Assembly: GCF_009914755.1 (NCBI RefSeq)
Contig: NC_060930.1
Length of the DNA: 64,000 nucleotides
Direction: 5' to 3' (one strand)
Source: the human T2T-CHM13v2.0 reference genome, Homo sapiens
Each line of letters starts with the position of its first letter. Position 1 is the stretch's first letter. The notes beneath the pieces were generated by a model that saw nothing but the letters and a program-made list of their open reading frames with translations, had not been told where the DNA came from and ran no database searches. Shown piece by piece: positions 1 to 16,826 of the stretch. Position numbers and translations under genes: made by a program.

Positions 1-1244
1 ACAGCTTTCCCGAGGAGAGAGGGAATGGTTGAGGCCATTTGACTATTGTTTTTCACCAGGACCACCTCCCACCCGATGGAGGCCACAGGCTCAGCTGACG
101 TCCTAACTATTGACGGTCATCTTTGACACACACATCATATGTGGTGGGTCAGCTGTGGAAGTAGGGGTGGAAGTAGGGATTTCTTGTAAGACATGCCCTG
201 GCAGCTCCCAAAGAAACAAAGGGCAAATGCTGCTTTCTCCGGAGTTGTGGAGAAGCATCTTCAAGCCTGTAGCCCTCTCCTGAAGCCAGATGAAGGACAG
301 GTGTTCCAACCGCATGTTTTTATGACGCTGAGTTTGGATCTGTTTTTCTCCAGACTCACACTGAAACCCTTCCTCCAAGGGCTCTCAGCCCAACAAGATA
401 CTGGAAAAGAGGTTTGAACCCAGCTCCTCTAGTTCCCTATTGGCCTAACTGTTTAGTCAGAGCTGCCAGCACCATCGTTTCTGGAAGGAGCTCCTGGTGG
501 TGAGGCTGTGCTAGAACCTGGAGAGAAGGGGCCCTTTGCCTCACCAGCAACACAGCTTGAATCCCAGCAGATGAAGGAGATCCATGCAGTCATCACCGGG
601 TGTTCTCTGCAGCCTCGGTGACCCTCAGGGGAGCTTCCCGGAAAGGCAGGCGCTGCCCTGGAGCCTCTTTAGCAGGAGCTGAGCACGTCAAGTCTCAAGT
701 GTGAGCTTTAAGTTTGGCCTGAGCTATTCAGCTGTAGCCACTTAAACAGAGAAAAACCTGACAACTCGTCACTAAGGCAATAAGTCAAAAAGCAACTTTT
801 GTAAAAACCTAGTGACATAAATGCTCTACAGGGCAAATCAGATACTGCGGCAAATACAGAAGTAAGGCCCACAGCTACTGCCCAGAGCAAGCTCTCCTAC
901 ACCTGCTAAGCCCCCTCACCCAACCCTCTGAGGCGGGGCCAAAACCTGTGGCCAGACCCAGGAATTCTGGTCGTTCCTTGATGGAGGCCAGAGACCTGGC
1001 CAAGGTCGTTAGAGTAGACTCCGTGGAAGCACAGAGTAGAATCTAAAAGCAACTTAGATTTGGATCTTCGGGAACAAGTAAGTGCACCTCAGATCTGGAC
1101 ATAAGCCCTTTCTGGTAGCACTGTTTTCTAGAAAGAAGACTGTACTAAAGTTCTGGATAACTCTCTCCCTGCCCCCAGTGACGTCTCAGAGCAGCCTCAT
1201 GGACTGACTTGACCAGGCTCCCAGGCCCCCTGCCTCCAGCCCAG

Positions 1245-1535
1245 CTGTCCTTCCCTCTGTCCCCAGGGCTCAGTGTCTCTCTTTCTCTCTCTCCTTCTTT
1301 CTCTCTCTCCAACTGTTGTTTCCTGCTCTTCTACTTTCTCCATCTTCCTCCCTCTCATCTTTCCTTCTCTCTTATCTCTCTCTTCCTTTCACTCTCTATC
1401 TTTTTGGCTCTCTCCTGCCTATCCTCCCTTCCCTCTCCTCCTCTCTATCTCTTCATCTCTCTCTCCTCTCCCGTCTCTGTCCGTGTGTGTGTGTCTCTCT
1501 CTCCCCAACTCACGTTTCTCCCCTCCCCCACCCTG
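1245..1535. repeat. CT-rich low-complexity polypyrimidine tract
   Basis: Degenerate (CT)n/(CCTCT)n run; explains the S/L-rich ORFs at 1209-1559. Confidence 0.9.
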
Positions 1536-2441
1536 CTCCTAGTTAATGTTTCCAGTTAATTGACGTGTTGTTGGCCTCTCAGATTGGCATGATTCAACAG
1601 CCCTTCCTGGGGCTCACATGACAGGTCCTGCATGTTAGTCACAGAGCACTAAGAATGCCCCAGAGGAGTGGAGACCACAGACAGGATTATTCTCAGCTCT
1701 GACATGCACGGCATAGCACTCAGCACTAAATAAACTTGGGAAGTGTTCACAGTGCCGCAGTGTGTATATAGCACTGCAGCCTCCAGGCCAGAATAATTAC
1801 ACATGGACTTACAGTTTAGTTTACATTTAGAATACAGAAGGGACAAAATTCTTGCCTTAAGATCTATTTTCAGTGTTGACTTAGATTGAGACTTATGAGA
1901 GATGTGTCTAGGGCAGGGGGGTGCGTGCATGTTCACAGAGACCTAGAGGACCTACCTGGCCTCTGAAATGTTCTCACCTCAACCCTAAATGTACACCTGC
2001 TTCTACAATTAGAAGTTCATCACTTGGGCTTAAAAATTAAACGTAAGGGTGTGGGTGGGGGGCAAGGACGGCCTATCTCCCACCAAGATGTAAAAACTCC
2101 TATTTCATCAAACGCTTCTTTTTCAGAATAAAAGCATCCCCCTGATCTTTTACTGAGATTTGCTTTTTCCAGCAATGTCAGCAGTCAGGCCTGCACACTT
2201 CATGCGTGAGACAACAGGCTCCATAAGGGGGGAGTGGGCAGTCCAAGGCCAGCAGGTTTAGGGAAAGCAGGTCTCCTGACACCCCCAGCAGGCATTTTCC
2301 ATCATAGCACATTGCACGTGGATTTGATAGCTCAATCAAAACATGCCATAGAAAAGATACAATTTATAAACGATAATGCCTAGAAGTAGATTCCTGAGGT
2401 AGGAATATCACTAAAATTTGATAGTTCAAAAGAGTGCAAAG

Positions 2442-3230
2442 GACTTCCAGGTTCTGGTAGCAGAATAGCAGCTCCTATCAGACTAAATCTCTTGGAAGTA
2501 ACAGCTATAAACACTAGTCAAAATATTTTTAAAAAACAACTATCTGGAGGCACTGGAGAGAAGCAGGCAGAAGTAAGGGGAGTCCACACTTGGAGGAAGG
2601 CACCACACTAGAGAGACAGTGTTTGGAGTTTCCGTCCAGTTTAGTTAACTGTCTGCTAAAATGGAAATTCAATACTCTGCAGAGAAATATACCATAATTC
2701 AGAACCTCTACAGCAAATCATTTGCAACATCCAGAACAGGATCCAAAATCAGATATTCGAAGAAACTGAAGGGGAGTTTCAATGAAGATTGACCCAGAAT
2801 CACCTAGATGTTGTAATGAACAGATAAGGATTTTTAAGCTCAGCTCTGGGACATAAAGGAAATTATACTTGTAATTAATGAACAACTAGGAAAGCACAGC
2901 CAAATGGAAATTCTAGATCTGAAAATACAATATCTAAAATGAAAATTTTACTAAATGGGCATAACGGGAGAGTGCAGAGGTCAAAAGAAAGATTCAGTGA
3001 ACTTGGACTTCAATCTATAGAAATTAACCAATTTGAAGAGCAAAGAGAAAAAGGGATAAAAAGAAAGCGAGCGAAGAAGCCTCAGCAACCAAACCAAAAG
3101 CTCTCAAATAGATGCAGTGCGTGCGATTAGGGTTCTAGAAGAATGTTTGAAAAGTCGTGGCCAAATATTTTCCAAATTTGCTGAGAAAGAAATTCACATA
3201 TTCAAGAAGCTCAAAAGAGTACAAAAACTT
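2442..3230 (+). mobile_element. Ancient L1M 5' UTR/ORF1 fragment
   Basis: Starts GACTTCC..TTCTGG like old L1M 5' ends; A-rich ORF1-like text (AGAAAGATTCAGTGAACTTG, TTTCCAAATTTG). Confidence 0.6.
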
Positions 3231-3490
3231 TAGAGGGATAATTTATAGAACACCCATATTAAATACTTATTAATACTTCTTTCTTGGTGTATCACTAGAA
3301 CAGACGATTCTGTGACTGCCTCAATGTATTACTGCTTCTAATTAGACTTGAGGTTATCACAGAAACCAACTTTCCCTCACATTCTCATCCTTTTTCTTGT
3401 TCTTATAGAATATGATCAGAACACTTTCTTTTAGAGTATAGCTGTTCCTAAATTATTTTCATTTAACATATAAGAATGTTTAAGTCTATA

Positions 3491-5310
<1,820 letters not shown>

Positions 5311-7087
5311 AAATTTCTAATGCATTTCTAAACTCTAAAACAAACATTTGAATTTGAAATGTTTTTGAACTTAAAGACATAACGTGGATTTGTCAGCAAA
5401 AAAAGTAAGAATTCAAGATGGTATTTTAAAAAAAAACCTCATATCTTTTTTCTTTTCTTTAGCCTTCAGTTTATTCCACAAATTAATAAGTAGAATGAGC
5501 CCTGAAACTTCAGTGACTCCTCCCTATAAAAGCGACATCTGAATTTTGCAACCGGCGAAGCTGGGTCATTGAATTTTTATGGCCTATTTCTCCATGCCTC
5601 TGATGTAACACAAAGGAGAGCTGTGTCTCCCAGTGCTTTGTCTTGGGTGCCAGAGATGGTCTCCTGTCTCAGCATCACCCTTCTGTCTCTCCTGGGAGTA
5701 CACATCTTCTGAATTAGCACTTAATGCCCAGAGCATGCCCAGGTCATCTAGAGAGTAAAATTGCAAAATCACATCAGTTCTCTGGACATCATTACTTTGA
5801 GGAGGCATGTCTGGCTACTGAGCAAATAGAAACCAGTATACAGCTCTCCAGACATTTCTCCATAACCAAGAGGCTAAGAGCCTTGCTGAAGGCCTTCATT
5901 CTCAGTTGCTCGATCCTTTCCAACAGACCAGAAATTAGCCTTTCAACTTAGGTCAATGATACACATTTGTTTGGCCAACAACGCAGGCAGTGGAGTGTGG
6001 TGCAGGCTCTTGAGAATCGATCTACACTGACAAGTGATCCTAAATTGCTGCTGCCAACATCAGTTCTACTTTTGTGGGCTCCTGGTAGAAAATATGAAAA
6101 CCAGTCTTGTCCCTCTCGATAAGTATCTCTATTATTATCATCGTTATTTGGAGGAATTTTAAAAACGTGCTGTGTTTTGCAAAAGGGTGCAAGCTGCCAA
6201 ATGCCCTGCATGAGATGGAGGGTTACTCATCCAGCACTGTCAGTTTTTCTCATTGACTTTGGCAGAAAGGTCCGTTTCAGCAGGGAAGAATCAGCACGTC
6301 AGCTGAGACATGTGATCTGTTCTCAGCGTCACTGCTAGTGCCAACTCGTAGGAAATTAGGCGCCTAACTTATTAATAGTGATGAATCCATTAGAGTTGAC
6401 AGGCGCCTGGCTGTGCTGCCGCGGATTAACTGTGAGTGGTCAGAAGCACTGTTGGTGAACAAGTGCAGAGTCAGATAATTAGAGGACCTGCTACTTCTCT
6501 CCAGGCTGTTCCAAAATGTAGAGTTTAGGAATTGAATAGACAAAGATGCATACAGTGTCTGAGATTAATGATCTGAGCTAAAATTAGAAATATTTATGGC
6601 TTGGCACAAAACCTTAAGTTACTGTAAAAACAGAACATTAAAAAAAAACCCCTTTTACAACTTGGCATAATTGGACTCCTCCTTTTTGTTTGAAACACTT
6701 TCCCTTAATGGCATGGGGTATGCGACAGAAAATGCCAGAATTCCACCCCTGGGTTGGTCCGTCTGTTGGCGGCATGCCCACCTGCTTTGAAATCTAGTTA
6801 ATTGAAATTACCACACAAATACCTGAATGATTTTGAAAAGTCATTAATGTGTTTCAAGCCATATGCGTACACTTAACAAAGATAAGGTCACCACTTTAAC
6901 AGGACACAAACATGCCTTGAGATGGGGGCATGAACTGGGTCTGTGGAGACGTTTACAAGTAGGTATATGAGCAGGAGCACCGAATGCCCTCCTGTTTGAT
7001 AAACACAAAGCAACTCAGAACCTGGCTGAGCGAGACACTAAGTTTTGTCTGCAGTGCAGTGTGGCATTTTGTGATTACCTTAAATAA

Positions 7088-7437
<350 letters not shown>

Positions 7438-7891
7438 AGCAAACAGGATTTTAAAAAATAGCTTATGGCTGTGTATAATCAAGTGAATTGCAAAAATCCT
7501 TCAGAGGGATATTACCTAATCGCAGCATCTTCAACTCTAATGAACCCCCCAGTGGTCCGCTTTAAATCCTGGTATCACTCGTTCTCGGTATATTCAGAAA
7601 TTTGAGATTATAGAATTTGTAGCACAGGAGAATAATTCGTCTAAAGGATACAGAACTGGAAACAAAAGTTTTACACTGCAGAATTGTGTGTAAACTTCAG
7701 CTCTAGTAGTCAAGTGTACTGTTTTAGCTCAGTTCTAGGAGACTTTGGAAACACCCAGCAAAAGGGGAAGTGAAGGATAAAATGACTTCTTTAAGATCTA
7801 TGACCATGTGGACTGAATACATCCCCAGATTTGAAAAGAATATTCTTGTTATTTGAAGGAGTCAGAAATGACCCAAGTTAGAAAGGAGGTG

Positions 7892-8213
<322 letters not shown>

Positions 8214-10664
8214 TCAGAAAATATATTTTTCAAAACACCGAACAGCTAAATCGCCATTGTTCCTCTGTTGTACTATAAATTCCAAAATGCTGCCAAGCTG
8301 CACTTTTTTTACACCATAGATTGGATGATGACCTAAAATAAAAAATGTTGTCAGGTCTTTCCCACTGCTTAACTGTCCACCTGCCTGAACTACATTATTC
8401 TGTTAGGTGGTCTCATCATGCCCTGAATTTCTGTCCTTTTTGTATATAGCTCCCGCCTGTGATTCTGTACTAAATGCAGATCTTGCATTCCTAGAGCTTC
8501 ATGCGGGCAGGGCCCGTGTCTGCATTCTTCACCAACATATCCCACCTTGCACAGTTAAGTATTTTTTGAAGAAATGAACGACATCTCTTAAAGACACAGA
8601 ACACCGAAGCAACAGAAGCTCTTTCCTTAACCAGTTGCTTCCATCGGCTCCACCTATAATGAGAAATGCTTAGAGCTGATGCTGCAGTTTGGACAGGTGA
8701 ATGATGAAGATTGTGGATGGGCCTTATTTCCAATTGCTAATAGTAAAAGTAAATACAAGAATATTTAGCACCCAACAAAGTAAAGTTTCCAACAAAGATT
8801 AACAGACCTATGCAAAAGCAGGAAAACATAATTATTAATAGAGTAAATAATCAATTAATTGAAACCAACCCAGAACTGACATATATTAGAATTGGCAAAG
8901 ATATTAAAACGGTTATTATAATCATGTTCTAAATGTTCCAAAATTAATTTTAAAAATCAATGAAACGTATAAAAAAGTCCAGATTGAACTTCTACAGACA
9001 AAAAGTATAGTTTTGCTAACTATAATGTAATGACACATGAGACATGGCAAGAGAAAAGATTAGTTAATTGATGATGTAGCAATATAAATTGTTCAGATGA
9101 TAGGCACAGAGAAAACAGAAACAAAAGAAATTGAAAAGAGTATCACTGGGCTTTGGGACCACTTCAAGTGGCCTAAGATATGTATACTTGGAGTCTAGAC
9201 AGAAAAATATTTGAGGAAAAAATGGTTAAAACGTTTCCAAATTTGGTGAGAGCTATAAATCCACAGATCTAAGGAACTCAATCAACACTAGCCACAAGAA
9301 ATATAAAGAAAACCACACCAGGGCATACTGTAATCAAAATGCTCAAGCCAGTGCTAAAGAAAATGTCTTAAGAGCAGCCAGCGAAACAGACACATTACAT
9401 ACAGAGGAACACAGATAAGGATAATATCAGAATTCTCACTGAAAAAATGCAAGCAAGAAGATAGCAAAGGAACACTTTAAAGTACTGAAAGAAAACAATA
9501 GTCAATCTAGAATTCTACACCTAGCCAAAAAAAACATATTTTAGAAGTCAAGGTGAAATAAAGATGTTTTCAGACATACAGAAGCTGAAAGACTTCCTTA
9601 CCAGAAGAAATGTTCGCCAAAGTCCTTCAGACAGAAGGAAAATGGCACCAGATCAAAACAGGGACCTGCAAAACGAAGCACAGAGCACTGGAAATGGTAG
9701 CTACATGGGCAAATGGATGAGATCTTTTCATTATTTAAGTTTGCATAAAAGATAATTGACAATCTAAATGAAAATAATTCCACTATATTTTGGATTTATA
9801 ATATATGTAAAACAATGGCAAAATAAAAGCCAGGAGAGAAGTAATGGAAGTAAATTGTTGTTAGGTTCTTATACCACACATGAAGTGATATAATATCACT
9901 CGAAGGTAAACTATGATAAGTTAAGATGCATGCTACGAATCCTAAAGCAACCACTAAAATAACAAAGCAGTTAGAACTAGTAAACCAAAAACAAAGATAA
10001 AAATGAAACATAAATAATAATCTAAAAAAGACAGAAAAAGAAGGAAAGTGAAGAAAGATCAGTAGGAAACAAATAGCAAGATGATAGATGTAAATCTAAC
10101 CAAATTAATTACATTAAAAGTAAGTCTCTATGTAGCCCTATTAAAAGGCAGATATTGTCAGACTAGAAAAGAGAACAAGGCAAAACTATATGCAGGCTAT
10201 AAGAACTATACTTTAAAATCAAGACAAAAGTGGGTTAAAAGTAAAAAGATAGAAAAAGATGTGCCATGCTAACATTAGCCAAAAAAGCTAGAATTACTAT
10301 TTTAATAATAGACAAAGTAGATTTTAAAGCTAAGACTATTTCCAGGTAGAATTAAGGTCATTTTGTAATGATAGAGGGGTTGATCAGTCAGGAGGACTTA
10401 ATCTTAAAGGTGTACCCCCTTAAGAAATACATGAAGCAAAACTACATGAAGCAAAAAAAAAAAATGAAACTGAGATGAAAAACAGGGAAATTTGTAATTA
10501 CAGTTGGAGATTTCAAAAACCTTCTCTTCATAATTGGCAAAAAAAAAAATCGGATAGCATCAAAAATATAGAATATTTCAGCAACACTATCAACCAACCT
10601 GAGCTAATCTAAATTAACAAGTCATTCCATCCAACAATAGCAGAATACACATTCTTCTCAAGTA

Positions 10665-11051
<387 letters not shown>

Positions 11052-11462
11052 TACATACAGCACATTTACCAAGATAAGCCATATTTTGGGCCACAATACA
11101 GATCTTAATGCATTTCAAGTTAAACAAAGTGTGTTCTCTCACCCCCATGCAATTAAATTAAAAATCAGTAATAAAAGATATCTGGAAAATTTTCAAACAT
11201 TTAAAAACTAAATGACACATGGGTCAAAGAGGAAATTAAAAGGGGAATTACAAAATGTGTTGAATTACAAAGTAAGTTATAATGGAAACACAGCATGTCT
11301 GAATTTGCACAGTGCTGCCACAGCGGAACTTAAGGCATAGGCATATGGCCCATACATAGGTATATGGCCCTCTGTTAAAGCCTTTCTTCACAAAGCAGCT
11401 GCATCCAGCTTCCGTCAGCATTGAAGACTAAACTCACAATCAAGAAAGCCTCATCCCTGACA

Positions 11463-12260
11463 TGGGACACACCTAAATCCTGTGTGTGCTCATTCTTCCC
11501 TGGGACACACCTAAATCCTGTGTGTGCTCATTCTTCCCTGGGACACACCTAAATCTTATGTGTGCTCATTCTTCCCTGGGACACACCTAAATCTTATGTG
11601 TGCTCATTCTTCCCTGGGACACACCTAAATCCTGTGTGTGCTCATTCTTCCCTGGGACACACCTAAATCTTATGTGTGCTCATTCTTCCCTGGGACACAC
11701 CTAAATCCTGTGTGTGCTCATTCTTCCCTGGGACACACCTAAATCCTGTGTGTGCTCATTCTTCCCTGGGACACACCTAAATCCTGTGTGTGCTCATTCT
11801 TCCCTGGGACACACCTAAATCCTGTGTGTGCTCATTCTTCCCTGGGACACACCTAAATCCTGTGTGTGTTCATTCTTCCCTGGGACACACCTAAATCCTG
11901 TGTGTGCTCATTCTTCCCTGGGACACACCTAAATCCTGTGTGTGCTCATTCTTCCCTGGGACACACCTAAATCCTGTGTGTGCTCATTCTTCCCTGGGAC
12001 ACACCTAAATCCTGTGTGTGCTCATTCTTCCCTGGGACACACCTAAATCCTGTGTGTGCTCATTCTTCCCTGGGACACACCTAAATCCTGTGTGTGCTCA
12101 TTCTTCCCTGGGACACACCTAAATCCTGTGTGTGCTCATTCTTCCCTGGGACACACCTAAATCCTGTGTGTGCTCATTCTTCCCTGGGACACACCTAAAT
12201 CCTGTGTGTGCTCATTCTTCCCTGGGACACACCTAAATCCTGTGTGTGCTCATTCTTCCC
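11463..12260. repeat. Minisatellite/VNTR, 21 x 38 bp
   Basis: Unit TGGGACACACCTAAATCCTGTGTGTGCTCATTCTTCCC; 798 bp = 21 whole copies; only units 3, 4, 6 and 11 vary. Confidence 0.98.
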
Positions 12261-13514
12261 TTTTGTACGTGTCAGTGATTAGTCCTTTTTAAAAACTTTT
12301 TATTTCCATGAATCTATCTGGGGGGAGAAAAAAAGAAAATTTGTTTGTTATAGGAAGATGTTTATAAGGGAAGGAGTAGAAAGAAAAATTCAAAGGACTT
12401 GGTGGGTGAGGGTTAATCAGGTGGGGATTGTGCCAATTGAAGGCGCTAAGTATTCAATCACCATCCCTGCGGAGCTTGGGAGCCTGGCAGACACCAGGTG
12501 TGATGCTGAGGGCACGGGTGAGCAAGTCAGGAGCCTGGGCTCCCATCTGGTCCTTGAGGGTAGCTTCGTATCTGCACTTAACAAGGCACGTCATCTCCCA
12601 CCTTGCTCACAGCACAAAGAGGACAGATGCATTAGACCAGAGACACCTTAGACCGGTGTTTTTCAAACTACATCCATTAAAGCATTTGTCTCCTAACTGT
12701 TTAAATTGTACGTCCCTACAGTAAAAGTTTTCAGAAGCTACTCCCAGGAGATGTATATTTTTGTGTTTATAAATGACATATAGTCATTCGCTGCATGACA
12801 TTTTGGTCAGGGAGGGATGGGGGTCCCATAAGATTATAATGGAGCTGAAAAGTTCCTATCGCCTAGCCACAGCCATCGTAACATTGCAGCTCAGTGCATC
12901 ACTCACATGGTTGGGCTAATGATGGTGTAAACAAACCCACTGCCCTGCCAGTCACGTAACAGTATAGCACATACAATCGTGTACACTATATCATACTAGA
13001 TAATGATAATAAACAACTATATTTCTGGTTTACATATTTGCTATACTATATGTTTTATCATTACTTGACGTATACTTCTGCTTATTAAAAAAAAAAGTTA
13101 ACTGTAAAACAGCCTCAGGCAGGTCCTTCAGGAGGGGTTCCAGAAGAAGGCACTGTTATTAGAGCAGATGACAGCTCCCTGCATGTCATTGTCCCCAAAG
13201 ACCATCTAGTGGGACAAGATGTGGAAGTGGAAGATCCTGATGTTGATGATGCTGACCCTGTGTAGGCCCAGGCTAATGTGTGTGTTTGTGGCTTAGTTTT
13301 TAACAAACAATTTTAAAAAGCAGAAAACTAAAAAAATTTCAAATAGAAAAATAGCTTATAGAATCAGGATCTAAAGAAAGAAAATACTTTTCTACAAGTG
13401 TACAATGTGTGTGCATTTTAAACTAAGCACTATTATAAATGAGTCAAACAGTTAAAAAAATTAAAGTGTATAAAGTAAAAAAGTTACAGTAAGCTAAGGC
13501 TTATGTATTTATTG

Positions 13515-13663
<149 letters not shown>

Positions 13664-13790
13664 TAAAAAAATAAATGTAGTGTAGCCTAAGTGTGCAGTG
13701 TTTATAAAGTCTGTCGTAGTGCACAGTCATGCCCTAGGCCTTCACATTCACTCACCACTCACTCACCCAGAGCAACCTCCAGTCCAGTAA

Positions 13791-14358
<568 letters not shown>

Positions 14359-16329
14359 CTGATCACGCATGTCTCAGAACATAACCCAGTGGTTAAGCGA
14401 GGCATGACTGTGTATGTATCTGTTCTACCACGTCAATATGTTATATACATTGTAAAAAGTCACAAAAATGTTTTCTTTAAAGATGAGATACAAATAGGTA
14501 GACTTTCTCGCTTTCTTCCCACATGCCCCTTAACACCTTTGCCTATTCCATGGAGTCCCAGGCTCAAGACAGACCCCTAAGTCTGTCCTGGCCGGGGTAA
14601 ATGGTAGCTCCTGGAGCAGGGGGCTCCCAGCCACCACACATCAGCTCTCCTCTCTTCTGCTGTGTGTATTAGAGGTCCATTGACTAAATAATTTTGAAAA
14701 CCATCAAACTAGGTTTTTTTTCTCTAAGTTTCTTTTTTTGCTCAAAGAACCAATATTCCTCATTATATTTCCCACTATATAAAATGTTATGCATTCCTCC
14801 TACTGGAAGTTAACTTTAACAAGGGAGAATATAAATGTGTTTTCAATCTGTGGGAATATTTTAGATATTACAACTGAAACCCACATGCAGCAAACTATAC
14901 TACCAGTACAAATATTTCCTGACCAAAGAAATGTGTCACGCTTCTTTCATCTTTGTTTTGTTTGGTTCTTTATTTTGTGAGCAACATCATCATCACACTC
15001 CCCCATGAAGTGAAACTAGGCACGTGGTCATTCTCATGAAAAAAATTAAACCATTTTTTTTTCCTCAACTAAACTTAGACTAAGCGAGGGCCACTGTGAA
15101 AAAGCATTTCTTTACACATCAAAATTATCTTAAGGAAAACACACAAAGAGACAATGAATTCCCAAAGTATGATTTTTAATGATCTTCCAATAAACAGCTC
15201 TTTGTGGCAAAAGTGACTGTGAACTGGGTGGTCCAACCAGAGGGCTCCTGGAAGTCAGGGGAGCGGTGCTCCTGTTAAATCACACATTGATAAAAGGAAG
15301 GAAGGAAAACAGTGTGCTTCCAAGCGTGTGTCCCCCAGACAAGAAAACAGTGGTGAACCTGGCTGCATTTCTGGACCCCCAGAAGGAGGCGGCACTGACG
15401 GCCTGACAGGTCTCCTGACCTTTGGGGGCTTTTATGTTTGTTTGCTTTTGTTCCAAGTTCCCAGAGGAAATTCAGGAGGCACCACAACAAAACTCCTGTT
15501 TCCTGACACTGCAATCTAGCCCTTGAAGTGAGGTCCTCTCAGAGGCAGCTTGCCATCAAGTGCCATTCTGGGAAGAAAAAGAGTGGTTTTCTCCTAAAAT
15601 CAGGGTCGAGTGACCTCTTCAGATATAGCAGAGCCTCACGTTGACTCATAAAAGTGTTTTCAAGACTGCTTTTCCGTCCTCTTCCCCAGGAAGTCCCGGT
15701 TGGAGGCTCCCTAACATTACTGGCTACCCACTAGGGCTGGAAAGAGTTAACGTGAGGGGTGCCATGGAGGTGGGGCATAACTCAGTGTAATTACCCTTAC
15801 ATATTAGATTGCAGCCTGAACATGCTTACCCCATCATTAAGAGCCTTGTAAAGATAACTAATGTTTTTTTGTTGTTCTGCCCCACATCTCCCTGCCAGCA
15901 TTCCAGAATTGGCCCGGCAGAGCCCCAGGCTCCGGGGGGCTTGATGGAAGCTATGGAAGAGCAGTTCAGCTTCCTCTAAGGTAGCAAAACCTTACAGACT
16001 TCAGGGGACAGCGGATCCACGGCCCACGGCTGCTGCAGGCAAAGTCTCTTCTTTTCTGCAGGGACCCTTCTCTCTCAAGGCCGATTGAGTACATCAGAGG
16101 AGGAGACTGAAAGCCCCACAGATGTGTGCAAAATGGGTTCCTTCTTGCTTGCCATGCCTAGAAAGAAGCAGCCAGGTACCCTGGAGGCAGCAGCCAAAAA
16201 ACAGGAGCCACGGACCAGAAGAGTAGCTGGGCGTCTCCCCACGAGGGCAGAAGAGAACGGGCAGGTCCACCCTCAGCCATGGGCTGGGAGAGGGAACAGC
16301 AGGTGTCCAGTCCACTGGCATCCCCTAGC

Positions 16330-16826
16330 TAGAGAGAGAGAGCCAGAGAGACAGGCAGAGACAGAGAGACAGACAGAGACAGAGATAGAAAGAGACAGAG
16401 AGACAGAGAGAGAGACCCAGAGCCAGAGATAGGCAGAGACAGAGAGAGGGACACAGAGAGACAGAGACAGAGAGACAGAGACAGAGATAGAAAGAGACAG
16501 AGAGGGACAGAGACAGAGATAGAAAGAGACAGAGAGGGACAGAGACAGAGATAGAGATGCAGAGAGACAGAGAGGGATAGAGACAGAGATAGAAAGAGAG
16601 AGGAACAGAGAAAGACAGAGACATAGGAACAAAGAGACAGAGAGATGGAAAGAGAGATAGAGAGTGACAGAGACAACTAGGTAGACAGAGACAGTGAAAT
16701 GGGGAGAGAGAGAAGAGAGAGACAGAGAGAGAAAAGAGAGACAGAGAAAGACAGATAGAGAGAGAGAAGAAAAAGACAAAGGGGGACAGAAACAGAAAAA
16801 GATGGAGAGGGGGAGAGACAGACAGA
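16330..16826. repeat. (CAGAGA/GA)n purine-rich degenerate tandem repeat
   Basis: ~500 bp of GAGACA/GAGAGA/GATAGA units. Confidence 0.93.

Noticed and set aside
1209-1559. Overlapping S/L-rich ORFs
   Set aside because: Translation of a CT low-complexity tract.
11463-12260. CRISPR-like array (38-bp, partly palindromic repeats)
   Set aside because: Units are head-to-tail with no spacers, there are no cas genes and the DNA is human; it is a minisatellite.
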